Source of the DNA: Azolla caroliniana | Lineage: Eukaryota; Plantae; Polypodiophyta | Assembly (NCBI GenBank): GCA_043228905.1 | Contig: JBHGNT010000016.1 | Location: 15,686,001-15,750,000, forward strand | Reading direction: 5' to 3' | Length of the DNA: 64,000 nt | Notes under the pieces: model-generated | Told to the model about the DNA's origin: nothing | Databases searched by the model: none | The model's input: only the letters and a program-made list of their open reading frames with translations | In this document: in pieces, positions 23,234 to 33,975 of the stretch | How positions within the stretch are numbered: the first letter of the stretch is position 1 | Layout of the letters: each line of letters opens with the position of its first letter | Program-made: the position numbers and the translations under genes

Positions 23234-26200
23234 CTAAACAGTATTTCGCTCCACTACGTCTGGGCCCCTTGACCGAGTAACTGGTCTTGTTCCCAATCGT
23301 GGCCCTTTCTTCAGCCTTTTTCTGGTTGGTTCCCCATTTAGCCTTGCTTCTAGGACCCAATGCGCAAGTGTGTCCTCCTCCGACAACCTTCCCATCGCCT
23401 CAGCAGCTAATTGCACATTAGCCGTTTCTTGAACTAGCTTTTCAAGTACAAAGGGATCTGTTTGGACATTTTCAGTAGTTGGGCTTGGTGGGGTGGAATC
23501 AAGGTCTTGAGACTCGAAGAAATGTTGCATCAAGTGTTCATAAACACTGTTGTTGTGAACCTCAGTTTTACATGTTGTTTCCACTATTTCATGGCATTTC
23601 ACATCGTTGCCTAATTCAGTACACTGTTCCAAAAGAATAGGGTGCAGCTGATCTGAAGGAGATGTGATAGCAGGACTCTTACTTTCAGCCACATTGGCAG
23701 TAGTATCCTCATCTGTTGCAGCATCATCAGCACCAGACACATCATGGGCCGTCCTTAATCCACAAGATTCTACAATAACATGACAGTTATTTAGGATAGC
23801 TAATTAGCTACTTTACTAAACTATGGTAGAAGCTAGGATAGCTAATTAGCTAGTACAATAGCTAATTAGCTAGTATGATAGCTAGGATAGCTAATTAGCT
23901 ACTTTACTAACTATGGTAGTAGCTAGGATAGCTAATTAGCTACTTTACTAACTATGGTAGTAGCTAGGATAGCTAATTAGCTACAATGAAAGCTAATTAG
24001 CTACTTTCTGAACTATGTAGTAGCTAGGATAGCTTATTAGCTACTAGGACAGCTAATTAGCTGCCAGTAGCTAATTAGCTACTAGGATAGCTAATTAGCT
24101 GCCAGTAGCTAATTAGCTACTAGGATAGCTTATTAGCTACTTTACACAACTATGGCAGTAGCTACTAGGATAGCTAATTCGCTAGGATAGCTAATTCGCT
24201 AGTAGGATAGCTAATTAGTTGCCAGCAGCTAATTAGCTAGTAGGATAGCTAATTAGTTGCCAGTAGCTAATTAGCTAGTAGGATAGCTTATTAGCTACTT
24301 TACACAACTATGGCAGTAGCTAATTAGTTACTAGGATAGCTAATTAGTTGCCAGTGGCTAATTAGCTAGTAGGATACCTAATTAGCTTTTTTACACAACT
24401 ATAGTACTAGCTAATTAGCTAGTACCATAGCTAATTACCTACTAGGATAGCTAATTAGCTAGTAGGATAGCTTATTAGCTACTTTACACAACTATAGTAG
24501 TAGCTAGGATAGCTAATTTGCTACTATGGTAGCTAATTAGCTACTTTACTCAACTATGGTAGTAGCTAGGATAGCTAATTAGCTACTTTACAAACTATGG
24601 TAGTAGCTAGGATAGCTAATTAGCTACTTTACTCACTATGGTGGTAGCTAGGATAGCTAATTAGCTACAATGAAAGCTAATTAGCTACTTTCTGAACTAT
24701 GTAGTAGCTAGGATAGCTTATTAGCTACTAGGACAGCTAATTAGCTGCCAGTAGCTAATTAGCTACTAGGATAGCTAATTAGCCGCCAGTAGCTAATTAG
24801 CTACTAGGATAGCTTATTAGCTACTTTACACAACTATGTCCGTAGCTAATTAGCTACTATGATAGCTAATTAGCTAGTAGGATAGCTAATTAGTTGCCAG
24901 TAGCTAATTAGCTACTAGGATAGCTAATTAGCTGCCAGTAGCTAATTAGCTACTAGGATAGCTTATTAGCTACTTTACACAACTATGTCAGTAGCTAATT
25001 AGCTACTATGATAGCTAATTAGCTAGTAGGATAGCTAATTAGCTAGTAGGATAGCTAATTAGTTGCCAGTAGCTAATTAGCTACTAGGATAGCTAATTCG
25101 CTAGTAGGATAGCTAATTAGTTGCCAGTAGCTAATTAGCTAGTAGGATAGCTAATTAGCTTTTTTACACAACTATGGTACTAGCTAATTAGCTAGTACCA
25201 TAGCTAATTAGCTACTAGGATAGCTTATTAGCTACTTTACACAACTATGGCAGTAGCTAATTAGTTACTAGGATAGCTAATTAGTTGCGAGTGGCTAATT
25301 AGCTAGTAGGATAGCTATTTAGCTTTTTTACACAACTATGGTACTAGCTAATTAGCTAGTACCATAGCTAATTAGCTACTAGGATAGCTAATTAGCTAGT
25401 AGCTCATTAGCTGCCAGTAGCTAATTAGCTAGTAGGATAGCTAATTAGAAAAGACTAAGCTTATTAGCTACAGTATGGTATACCTGTTAGTTTTCTCCAC
25501 TCATTTGGTAGAGTTGTACTGCAATCTCCCAAACAGAATGCAGCAATTCGACAGGCATGTTGAAAACAAAGCAGATGGTATGTGTGGTTGCATGGTTGTA
25601 GGTGAACCAACAAAGACGCAGTTTTGTCCTCCACACCTAACCCGCAAGCGATGCAACGTGCTTGAACTGTCAATAAATCATTTTCTGGTTCTACTTCATT
25701 TGGTAAGGGAGCAAGAATGTTCAGGTCCAAATCCTGTCTGGTCCTTACCATTCCCTCCACAAAATGTAGCTTCTTCTTAAGGCAGCTAACTACCTGTTCT
25801 TGATGAATGTATTGTTCCTTCAACGCAACAGAGAAATTTACCGATTAATTATTCTTGTTGTTGAAAGATACACCAACTTTGCTCAGGAATCGTTAACTTA
25901 CTTGAAGCTTATCCAAATTGTAATCTGCAACAGTATTTACACCTAGAAGGTCCAGGTTCATTGAAAGAACCTGGATCTCTATTTGCAGTTCTATTTTACG
26001 TTGGGGATCCAGTGGCCCCTCTAATTCAAGCTCCTGTTGCGCAACCTATTCCAGATAATGCTTGATTAGCACATTTTACCCGTTATTTATAACACAATCA
26101 CATACCAGCAAAACAATAGTTACCTGAATCTTATTTCTAATTGTTGTAACAGCAAAAGTAACTTTGCTCTCCATTGCAGAAGCCATTGTGGCTTTCTCTA

Positions 26201-27459
26201 AATCAGTCTTAAAAAATGCCAATGTCTCACAGGCTTCATGGACATTTTTTAGCATATAGCTAACCAATGTCTCACCTGTATCATCGACATTGGCTTTCCT
26301 TGGGTGTCGGTGTGGTGTATGCCCCCGGTCTTGCTGGGAGTCGGCAGTTGCATCAACAGTTGCCATGCTCCAAAATCTGTCTATTTTTTGTGCCAAGGTC
26401 CCCATCTTTCGGCATCTTTTTACCGATGCCTCACCATAGACTGCCCAAGCTACCCTATACATTTCAGGGTCTCTAGATTCCTTCGCTGTTTTGCAGTACT
26501 CATATGCAAATGCTCTAGCAAATGAAACTGACAACTCATTGTTGACTGGGATCTCCTGATGAACTTTCTGGTGCAGTCTCATGCAGTCATCGTACAAGTC
26601 GGCTCGTACATGCTTCAGCTTGACCTTGCCTTTGACTCTAGGCACTGTATATACTATCATCCAGTCTATATCACTGATCAATTTATCACTTAGGACAGCA
26701 GGGTCAACACCCTCGAGTGACAGACCATAGGTGTTGTGGAAGTCCTCCTTTGTCTCGCAAAATTTTGCGAAGTTTAGCACTCTCGTATACGGAGGAACGA
26801 GCCATCTGAAATATCATTTCAGAAATCAGAAATAGTGCAAAATCAGAATATGTGAGAATCAAAAACCCCAATCAACAACAACAAAAATGGTGCAAAATCT
26901 TTAACTTAGCAAATCAGAAACCCTAATCATAATTTGTATTCAGAAATTTGAAATCAGAAACCCTAATCAAAATCTGTAATTAGAAGTTTGAAATCAGAAA
27001 CCCTAATCAAAATCTGTAATCAGAAGTTTGTAACCAGAAACCTTATTCAGAAATTCTAATCAAAAATTTATAATCAAAAACCCTAATCAGAAATTTCAAT
27101 CAGAAACCCTAATCAAAAATTTCAATCACAAACCCTAATCAGAAATCCTAAGCAGAAATTTATAAACAAAAACCCTATTCAGAAATTCTAATTTGTAATC
27201 AAAATTTGTAACCAGAAACCCTATTCAGAAATTCTAATCAGAAATTTATAATCAAAAACCCTAATCAAAAATTTCAATCACAAACCCTAATCAGAAATTT
27301 CAATCACAAACCCTACTCAGAAATTCTAATAAGAAATTTATAAACAAAAACCCTAATCAGAAATTTCAATCAGAAACCCCAATCATCACTAAAGACAGGA
27401 TTAAACACAAAAAAAGTAATATAAACACACCTGTTGCTACTCCCCGATTTGCGAGACAT
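23234..27459 (-). CDS. Transposon accessory gene, five exons, 574-aa protein with helical N-domain, coiled coil, RING-H2 finger and acidic tail
   Basis: Exons 27459-27431, 26805-26124, 26045-25902, 25817-25484, 23769-23234; all GT-AG with matching phases, 1725 nt open; CIAC..PCNHTYHLLC..FCLGDC RING-H2-like pattern. Confidence 0.75.
23790..25470. repeat. Second TAGCTAATTAGCTA palindrome array, filling intron 4 of the accessory gene
   Basis: Same core; spacers CTAGGA, GTAGGA, GCCAG, CTTTACACAACTATGG; bounded by predicted intron 25483-23770. Confidence 0.95.
26900..27385. repeat. Telo-box-containing tandem repeat (AAACCCTAATCAGAAATTT...) in intron 1 of the accessory gene
   Basis: Many AAACCCTAA(T/G)C units alternating with AGAAATTT(C/G/A); inside predicted intron 27430-26806. 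Confidence 0.85.
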
Positions 27460-27938
27460 CCTTGTATGGGACTCCAAGGACTTCGCCCTATTCGATTTTG
27501 GGGAAATATGAATCGGCACCAAAGTTCAGACAGTAGTCAAAAAGAAAAAACAAATGTTTGGGGTTTCTGTAACTGAAACATACCTGGACGATGATAGAGC
27601 GGGTTCTGTGTTGTAGCTCTCAATCTGCAATGTCGATTTTTTGCTGTTGCGGGAGATACGTCTGCGTTCGTGCTCTGAGTACTCCATCTGCGTTCAAAAT
27701 CAAACTTAGGCTAAACAGGAAATTGATGACATTGAAGTCGACCTTAGATGATGGTGATATTCCCCAAGTTCCACTACGTCTGAAACAGAAGTTCAAATAT
27801 TTGAGTTTTTTCATAAATTAGTTTTTCAAATATTTGATTTTCCCACAAAAAAGACTAGCTAAACAAATAGCTAATTAGCTATGGCCATTTTAGTAGCTAA
27901 TTAGCTATAATAGTGTTTCCACTCGCATGCTTTTACCC

Positions 27939-28799
27939 ATGCACCTGTTTCCAGCCAGAGGGTCGTCGGTCACGGCACTATTCGCCACCGTCCCTCCGTG
28001 CCTGGGTGATCTGAAGATCATTTACCATCCGCGTTAGTTCCTCCAGAGCTGCTCCCCCAAACAAGCCCTTGACCATGCCGGTCGAAGCCGATCCGGTCTC
28101 GAGCCAATCTCAGGTCTCTTTCCCTCGTGTTGGTGGTGTTGGCTCGTGCTTCCTTGCTGTGACAGAGCCCGCCCCCGTCGATCCTTTGTCAACCCATTCC
28201 CGCCATTTGTCGAAACGACCACAAACCCTCTTCACCACGGCCCAGTCGGCCGTCAACCCGTCATCAGTCTCCAATAGGAGGCCTACTTGCTCCTGATCAT
28301 GCTCGTCAACTGACTTAACAAACAATAGGACACGACTTGTGTCCAGAATTGTCCGGTCAAGCACCGAGAGGCGCGCGAAGCGTTCCTCAAACTCCCGGAG
28401 GAGCACCAATGCATTCCTTCCTTTGTCGGGGGTCTCCACCCACTCCATGAAGTCCCGCTTCGAAAGTCAAAGCGCATCTTCAAGCCCGTATTTTTCGAGG
28501 AGCCGACCTTCGAACTCCTCCCAGGTCCGGCTCTCGGCCCGTACCTCAAGCACCTCCGTATGGATGCCCGGCATCGCCACTCGAGGGAATCCGGCTAGAC
28601 GCCTCTCTTCCGGAATGTCCCTCATTACCATCTCAGCCCGATAGGATGCCAAGTAGCTCGTGGCATCCTTCCCACTAAACCGGCCGTTCGTACCGACAAT
28701 TGCCTCGATATCCCTATCAAGGGAGCCAGTGCCTTCGCGCGCACTCACTATACGGTCCACAGCCGAAGCCATGGCTTCTGCGAGGTCCAACCCCCTCAT
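27939..28799 (-). pseudogene. Gypsy C gag N-terminal part
   Basis: ORFs 28467-28799 and 28110-28448; homologous to gag at 31495-32427; downstream of PBS. Confidence 0.8.
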
Positions 28800-28820
28800 C
28801 TTCTACTGCTCTGCCGCCTG

Positions 28821-28838
28821 TTCACGTCGGGTTCACCA
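28821..28838 (-). promoter_or_regulatory. Primer binding site complementary to tRNA-Trp 3' end
   Basis: Minus strand TGGTGAACCCGACGTGAA, 4 nt from the LTR; matches the plant tRNA-Trp 3' end TTCACGTCGGGTTCA-CCA as I recall it. Confidence 0.85.
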
Positions 28839-29866
28839 AATATGTCGCATTGTTACGCGCGTGCGTGGAGAACAAGGCGGGACCACTGGGGTCTTGGACC
28901 GAGGAATAGGTGAGGAAAGAGAGAGACGCTCACTCACGTATAGACAAAGAAGCGCACGGGGACGTGGCACAACAAGACAGGAGACACGAGTTGAGAACAC
29001 TAGAGTATGTATGTAAATATAGGCATGTATTTGTATGTATGCAAACGACTCGAATGGTTACAGCCGATCAGGTCGGCGAGGTGGATGCCGATGCTTGATC
29101 ACCCACGCACACAGGAGAGCAAGATGGAGATTCTGCCGGAAGCACACGGGTGTTCCACGGGGCAGAATCAGCCTCCTAAGAACCTGCGCAAAAGAAAGCT
29201 ATGGAGAACGACAGAGAAGAAGAGCTCGGTCCCAGTCCGACAGCACTTCGTTCCTTCTAGCGCGCGATCCCCTTCTCTCCCCGTCTCCCTCTCTTTTATA
29301 GCTCAAGGAGGGAGGCCGCCTTACCCGTTTACATCACATTAATTCTCTGTCCTTTCGGACAGAGATACTCCTCGATTCTCCCTATAGAATATTGCTACCT
29401 AGGATCTGACCTTTGTGCCTACCTATCTACTGTACAACAAGGGGCATGCCCACGTGTAAGGGCCGGTTCACACACGCTATACACGGTTTGCGCCTGGGGA
29501 CGGCTTTCTTCACCACAACAGGATTGCGTAAGATTCCCGAGAGAGGAAGTGAGAAGAGAAGAGAGAAGGATGATGACAGCAGCTCTTATATTATGTGAGA
29601 AGATAAGTACAAATCGGCTAAGAGGCTTAAGACTGGCGTTGAACCAATTTGGTTCAAAACAATGCCTTGTGCCTCCTTTTATAGTGTTTTTAGGAATAAT
29701 ACTGAAGCTTCTAGGATGTTCGAGAGAGATCTGGAATATACATCAATTTTCTATGATAAAGCATAAATGAAAATAATATCCTACAAATTACAATTCATAG
29801 TCTAATGGTAAGAGCTCGACCCATGTAACATAAGGTCATGGGTTCGAGTCTTGCCATATCATGACA

Positions 29867-30445
29867 CCAGCGAGCGTACTTGAGAACCGATAGAGAATGT
29901 GACCAATTCTCGTGCTCTTCCATCGTCAATATCTAGAAAAACCGAGTCCTCAATCTAAAACAACTCGTCACACTCGTCGTTTTAAACGGAAGGGGGATAG
30001 TGTCATGATATGGCAAGACTCAAACCCATGACCTTATGTTGCGTGGGTCAAGCTCTTACCATTAGGTTATGTATTGTAATATGAAGGATATTATTTTCAT
30101 TTAAATTTTACTATAGAAAATTGATGTATATTCCAGATTTCTCTGGAACATTCTAGAAACTTTAGGAGTACTCCTAAGAACACTATAAAAGGAGGCACAA
30201 GGCATTATTTTGAACCAAATCGTTTCAATGCCAGTCTTAAGCCACATAGCTATTCTTGTACTTATTGTTCATATAATATAATATATCTTTTGTTATCACC
30301 ATTCTCCCTCTCTCTTGATCTCTCCTCTCTTTCTCCCTCTTTCTCTCTCTCCTTCTCTTGTGAGTTCTACACCTTTTCTCTCTCTTAGTACTAATTCGCA
30401 TCTCTTAGTACTAACTCGCGCTCTTTCTTAGTACTGTTCCTGATA
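29867..30445 (+). mobile_element. Chromovirus A remainder: chromodomain end, PPT and 3' LTR (30001-30445)
   Basis: ERT(W)EPIENV continuation; AAGGGGGATAG then TGTCATGATATGGCAAGACTC; LTR related to those of B and F. Confidence 0.85.
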
Positions 30446-32742
30446 GCAAAATCCGAACCATCATCAATTACCTTTGTTTCCATCCTTACTACGGTGGTGT
30501 AAGGTTGACCAAGGATGAAGGGGTAGGTTGATCGATCCTGCACAAAGAAATTTTGATTCACCGACACATCACCAATTGTTACCTTCACACTGGGACATGC
30601 TCCAAATAAATCTTCTGTAGTCTTAGTGGTAGCTCTTATTTTCCACCTATGACTCTTGTCGATCGGCCACCGTCCTCGAGTGTAAAATTCCGATGCCATC
30701 ATGTTAATCTTTGATCCATGATTGATCAAAGCAATATAAGGAATTTGTTTCTCCCCAATTTTTGCAGGCGCCTCCTTTGTTGCTCGAGCCCAATGGTCCC
30801 TTGTATAGTGACTCCTATCCCCTTCATGAACCCCAACATCATTTCTGGTTTTTACATTTGCAGCATTGATGGTGTCACCATACAAATCTTGGAGTGTTGC
30901 TGCAGACCCTCCCATAACTTCCTCCGTCACCTGTCTCTTTCTTCTAATAATATATATGATAACTTCATGAAATACTTTCTTTTCTATACCCAACACTTCT
31001 CTTAAAGTAAATTCTACCTTACTATTTAATATTCTTGTTTCTAGTACCTTTTTTATATCCATCTTTGTTTCTATATTTGAAGCAAGCTTGAAAGATGGGC
31101 TTGTCTTCCCTTTTACTCTATCAACTTCCTTCGTCTCAAGAGCACACTTTTCCATATCCCTTCTTTTTTGTTCTCGTGTCTCATGTTACTTTGCCAAATC
31201 ATTCTCCTCAACTCTCTTTCACTTCTCTTCTACTAGTATCTCTTGTGCATTCACTTGGGCGAATGCTGATAGTGCGTCTACTAGATCATCTCATCGAGTG
31301 AAGTTTCGTATTTAATCTCATGCTCTTTTTAATTCATTCACTTGAACCTTCCCTTTTCTTGCATACTCCATCACATCTTGCCAAAAACTAGATCGACCAT
31401 ATGAGTCTTCTACACACAACCCTAAGGTTGCCACGGATTGTATCGCTTGAGTTGTTTCTCTCTCAGCATCTTCCATTAGCTTTTTCATTCCACCTCACCC
31501 GAAATTGAGTTGAAGTGGTTGTTGAGTCTCTGTCGAGTGAAGCTTACCATCTTGATAATAGATTTTATCATGATTAAGAGCATCCCTATGTTCTTGAAAA
31601 TCTTTCTTCTGATGGTCGATACTGTCACACCACATACACCTTCGGACCATTCCACCTCCTTGGCTTGACGAAGTTGAGCTTTGTCCTAATTCTAGCTTTG
31701 TCACTTTGATCGACAAGTGTTTCATGCCTTTCACCAACTCATGCAAGAGTGAATCTTCTATTTTCTTCTCTCCTGAGTCGTTCCCTGTTTCGTCTCCCTT
31801 CCTCTCCGGCAGCTCCATAAACCATAACTTTCTTTTATAGAAATGGGTGTAAGCCCTTTTCACCTCCTCCCAATCTTCGGTAAGTTCACTCTGACTATTC
31901 TGAACTTCCAGACGCATTCCCAACTCCTTCCTATCTTTAATGTTAGTAGCTTTTAGAAACAATATTACTTTATCTAGCGCTATTATATTTCTATCTCTAA
32001 CATTTAATTGCTCAAATATTTCTAAAAAATCTTTTGACACTTCCAAAACACTTAAATTTTTATCAGACTCTACCCTATCCATGAAAGCTCCCCTTGTCAT
32101 CCTTAACATATCGTTGAGATTGTATTCATTCCGCAATGCTCTTTCGAAAGTCGCCCATGTCTGATGTTCCCTCTGTACCTCTTGGATCCTTTCTTGTAGC
32201 CCAATCACAACAACTCGACTAAAGCTATTAATTTTTGCAGCTTCGTCGACACCATGTTCAAGCATTTCATCATTGCAAATCTTCAGAAATCTTGTTAAAT
32301 TTATACCTTCAAAGATTCCTACTCGTGCAAGAATATTGTCGACGGCTTTGTCGATGCTTGTCATCATCCCTTGCTCTCGCATCACTCGTTTCATCATAGT
32401 AAACATAAGCCTCATTTGCTCCTCCATTTCTCCTTGTCACAGCCTTCACGTTGGGTTCACCAAATTATGTCGGGGTAGTTGTGGTTCGTGCAGCAAAGTC
32501 GTAGGGACTAAGGTTAAAGGGAGTTGAAGAAACTTTTATCATGCATGTGCACAAATGTTAAGAAGATTAAGGATAAGAAGAATAAGAGTTTAAAGTAATG
32601 TATGAGAGATAGATGATCATAGATAAAAGATAGAGACAATGTATGATTCAAGAAGCAAGAGTATATGATAGGAACATGATGTATACTAAGAACACAAGAT
32701 TTTACCAACTTTACAATGCTTGATCAGAAGTCCTTCCTCTAA
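30446..32742 (-). mobile_element. Gypsy D (same Trp-primed lineage as C): gag-protease, PBS 32445-32462, start of LTR at 32468
   Basis: RCMWCDSIDHQKKD knuckle, HWARATKE, ALINHGSKINMM protease; PBS TGGTGAACCCAACGTGAA; host of chromovirus A and of Sola copy 2. Confidence 0.8.
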
Positions 32743-33079
32743 GGGTGAAAGCATGTGAGTGGAAACAATTAGCTATGTCCTTGACATAGCTAATTAGCTA
32801 TGCAAAAAGCTATCATTGATAAATAGTCATTTTTGCAAAAAGATACCATTGATAAATTAGTTATGCAAAAAGGTACCATTGAAAATAGTAGAGAGTTTTA
32901 ATTATGTATATAAATGAACAACATAAATGTGCAACATAAATTGATATGTGCACCATAAATTATATATCAAATTCCTAGGTCCATTATGCATGATCCTTTG
33001 CCACATCACGTGTGCCATCTCTGGTTGAGAATTCTGGCTTAGATTGCTACCATTGTTGCTAAACCCTATTGAGTCCACT

Positions 33080-33815
33080 CCTCCATTGCCACCATTCTAC
33101 ACTCAGTTACTGGCACTATGTGGTCCAAGTATCATCTACCATTGTTCGATCCGATAGAGTTCACTCCTCCATTGCCGCCATTCTACACTCAGTTGCCGCC
33201 ACTGTTTAGTCCAATCATCATCTGCCAAGTTCACTCCTCCATTGCCGCCACTCTACACTCAGTTGAAGCTATTGTGAAGGTCATATATTGCTGCCACTTT
33301 TCGATTCAACGGAGTTAACTCCTTCTCCACTGCCGCCATTCTACTCTCAGTTGCCGTCATTGTGCATTCCAAGCATCATCTTCCACTATTCAATCTGACG
33401 GAGTTCACTCCTCCATTGCCATCATTCTACACTCAGTTGCCACTATTGTTCGGTCTTGGATTGTTGCCACTTTTCGATTTGACGGAGTTCACTCATCCAT
33501 TGCCATCATTCCACACTCGGTTGCCGCTATTGTTCGGTCGTGTATTGCTGCCACTTCAGTTCGAAGGAGTTCACTCCTTCTCCACTATTGCCATTCTACT
33601 CTCAATTGTTTTCATTATGCGTTCCAAGGATCATCTGCCACTATTCGATCCAACAGAAATCACTCCTCCATTGCCATAATTCTACACTCAGTTGCCGCTA
33701 TTGTTCGGTCCTGGATTGTCAAAACTGTTCGATCAAACGGAGTTCACTCCTCCACTGCCACCATTCTACACTCAATTGCCGCTACTATTCGGCCCTGGAT
33801 TACCGCCATTGATTA
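33080..33815 (+). repeat. Degenerate subterminal tandem repeat of Sola copy 2
   Basis: Recurring GAGTTCACTCCTCCATTGCC..CATTCTACACTCAGTTGCC, related to the 83-bp unit of copy 1. Confidence 0.8.
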
Positions 33816-33975
33816 GTCTTGGATTTGAATAACTAGTCTGTCTATTGACTATCTTGTGTATTGTTGTGTATAATCTTGTGTATTGCGGAATATTTTTGTG
33901 TATTGATGTTGCCTATAGCCATCTTTAATACGTGTCTTTTTTTCGGGAAAATTAGGGTTTAACCCGTCAAGCCAA

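Larger units (their letters stand above)
16159..27938 (+). mobile_element. Sola2-like DNA transposon, complete copy (11.8 kb)
   Basis: TIRs GGGTGAAAGCATGCGAGTGGAAACA (16159-16183) and TGTTTCCACTCGCATGCTTTTACCC (27914-27938), 1 mismatch; TSD ATGC (16155-16158, 27939-27942); excision rejoins RCMWCDAVGHIRKDC of Gypsy C gag. Confidence 0.9.
11063..29517 (-). mobile_element. Gypsy C, tRNA-Trp-primed LTR retrotransposon inserted in the 5' LTR of B
   Basis: 5' LTR 28843-29517; partially deleted 3' LTR 11063-~11472; TSD ACGG (11059-11062) / ACAG (29518-29521); PBS 28821-28838. Confidence 0.85.
5022..29866 (-). mobile_element. Chromovirus B (Ty3/Gypsy, Tcn1-like), full length with nested insertions
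   Basis: 3' LTR 5022-5440; 5' LTR 10989-11062 + 29518-29866; PPT AAGGGGGAGATAG next to 5441; TSD CCAAC (5017-5021) / CCAGC (29867-29871); gag-PR-RT-RH-INT-chromodomain order. Confidence 0.9.

Noticed and set aside
23064-23300. Splice fusion of the RING gene to the FCP1-like ORF
   Set aside because: No phase-compatible donor found near the end of exon 5 for the acceptor at 22985; left unresolved
26900-27385. Interstitial telomere
   Set aside because: Not contiguous (CCCTAAA)n; single telo-boxes embedded in a longer unit inside a transposon intron
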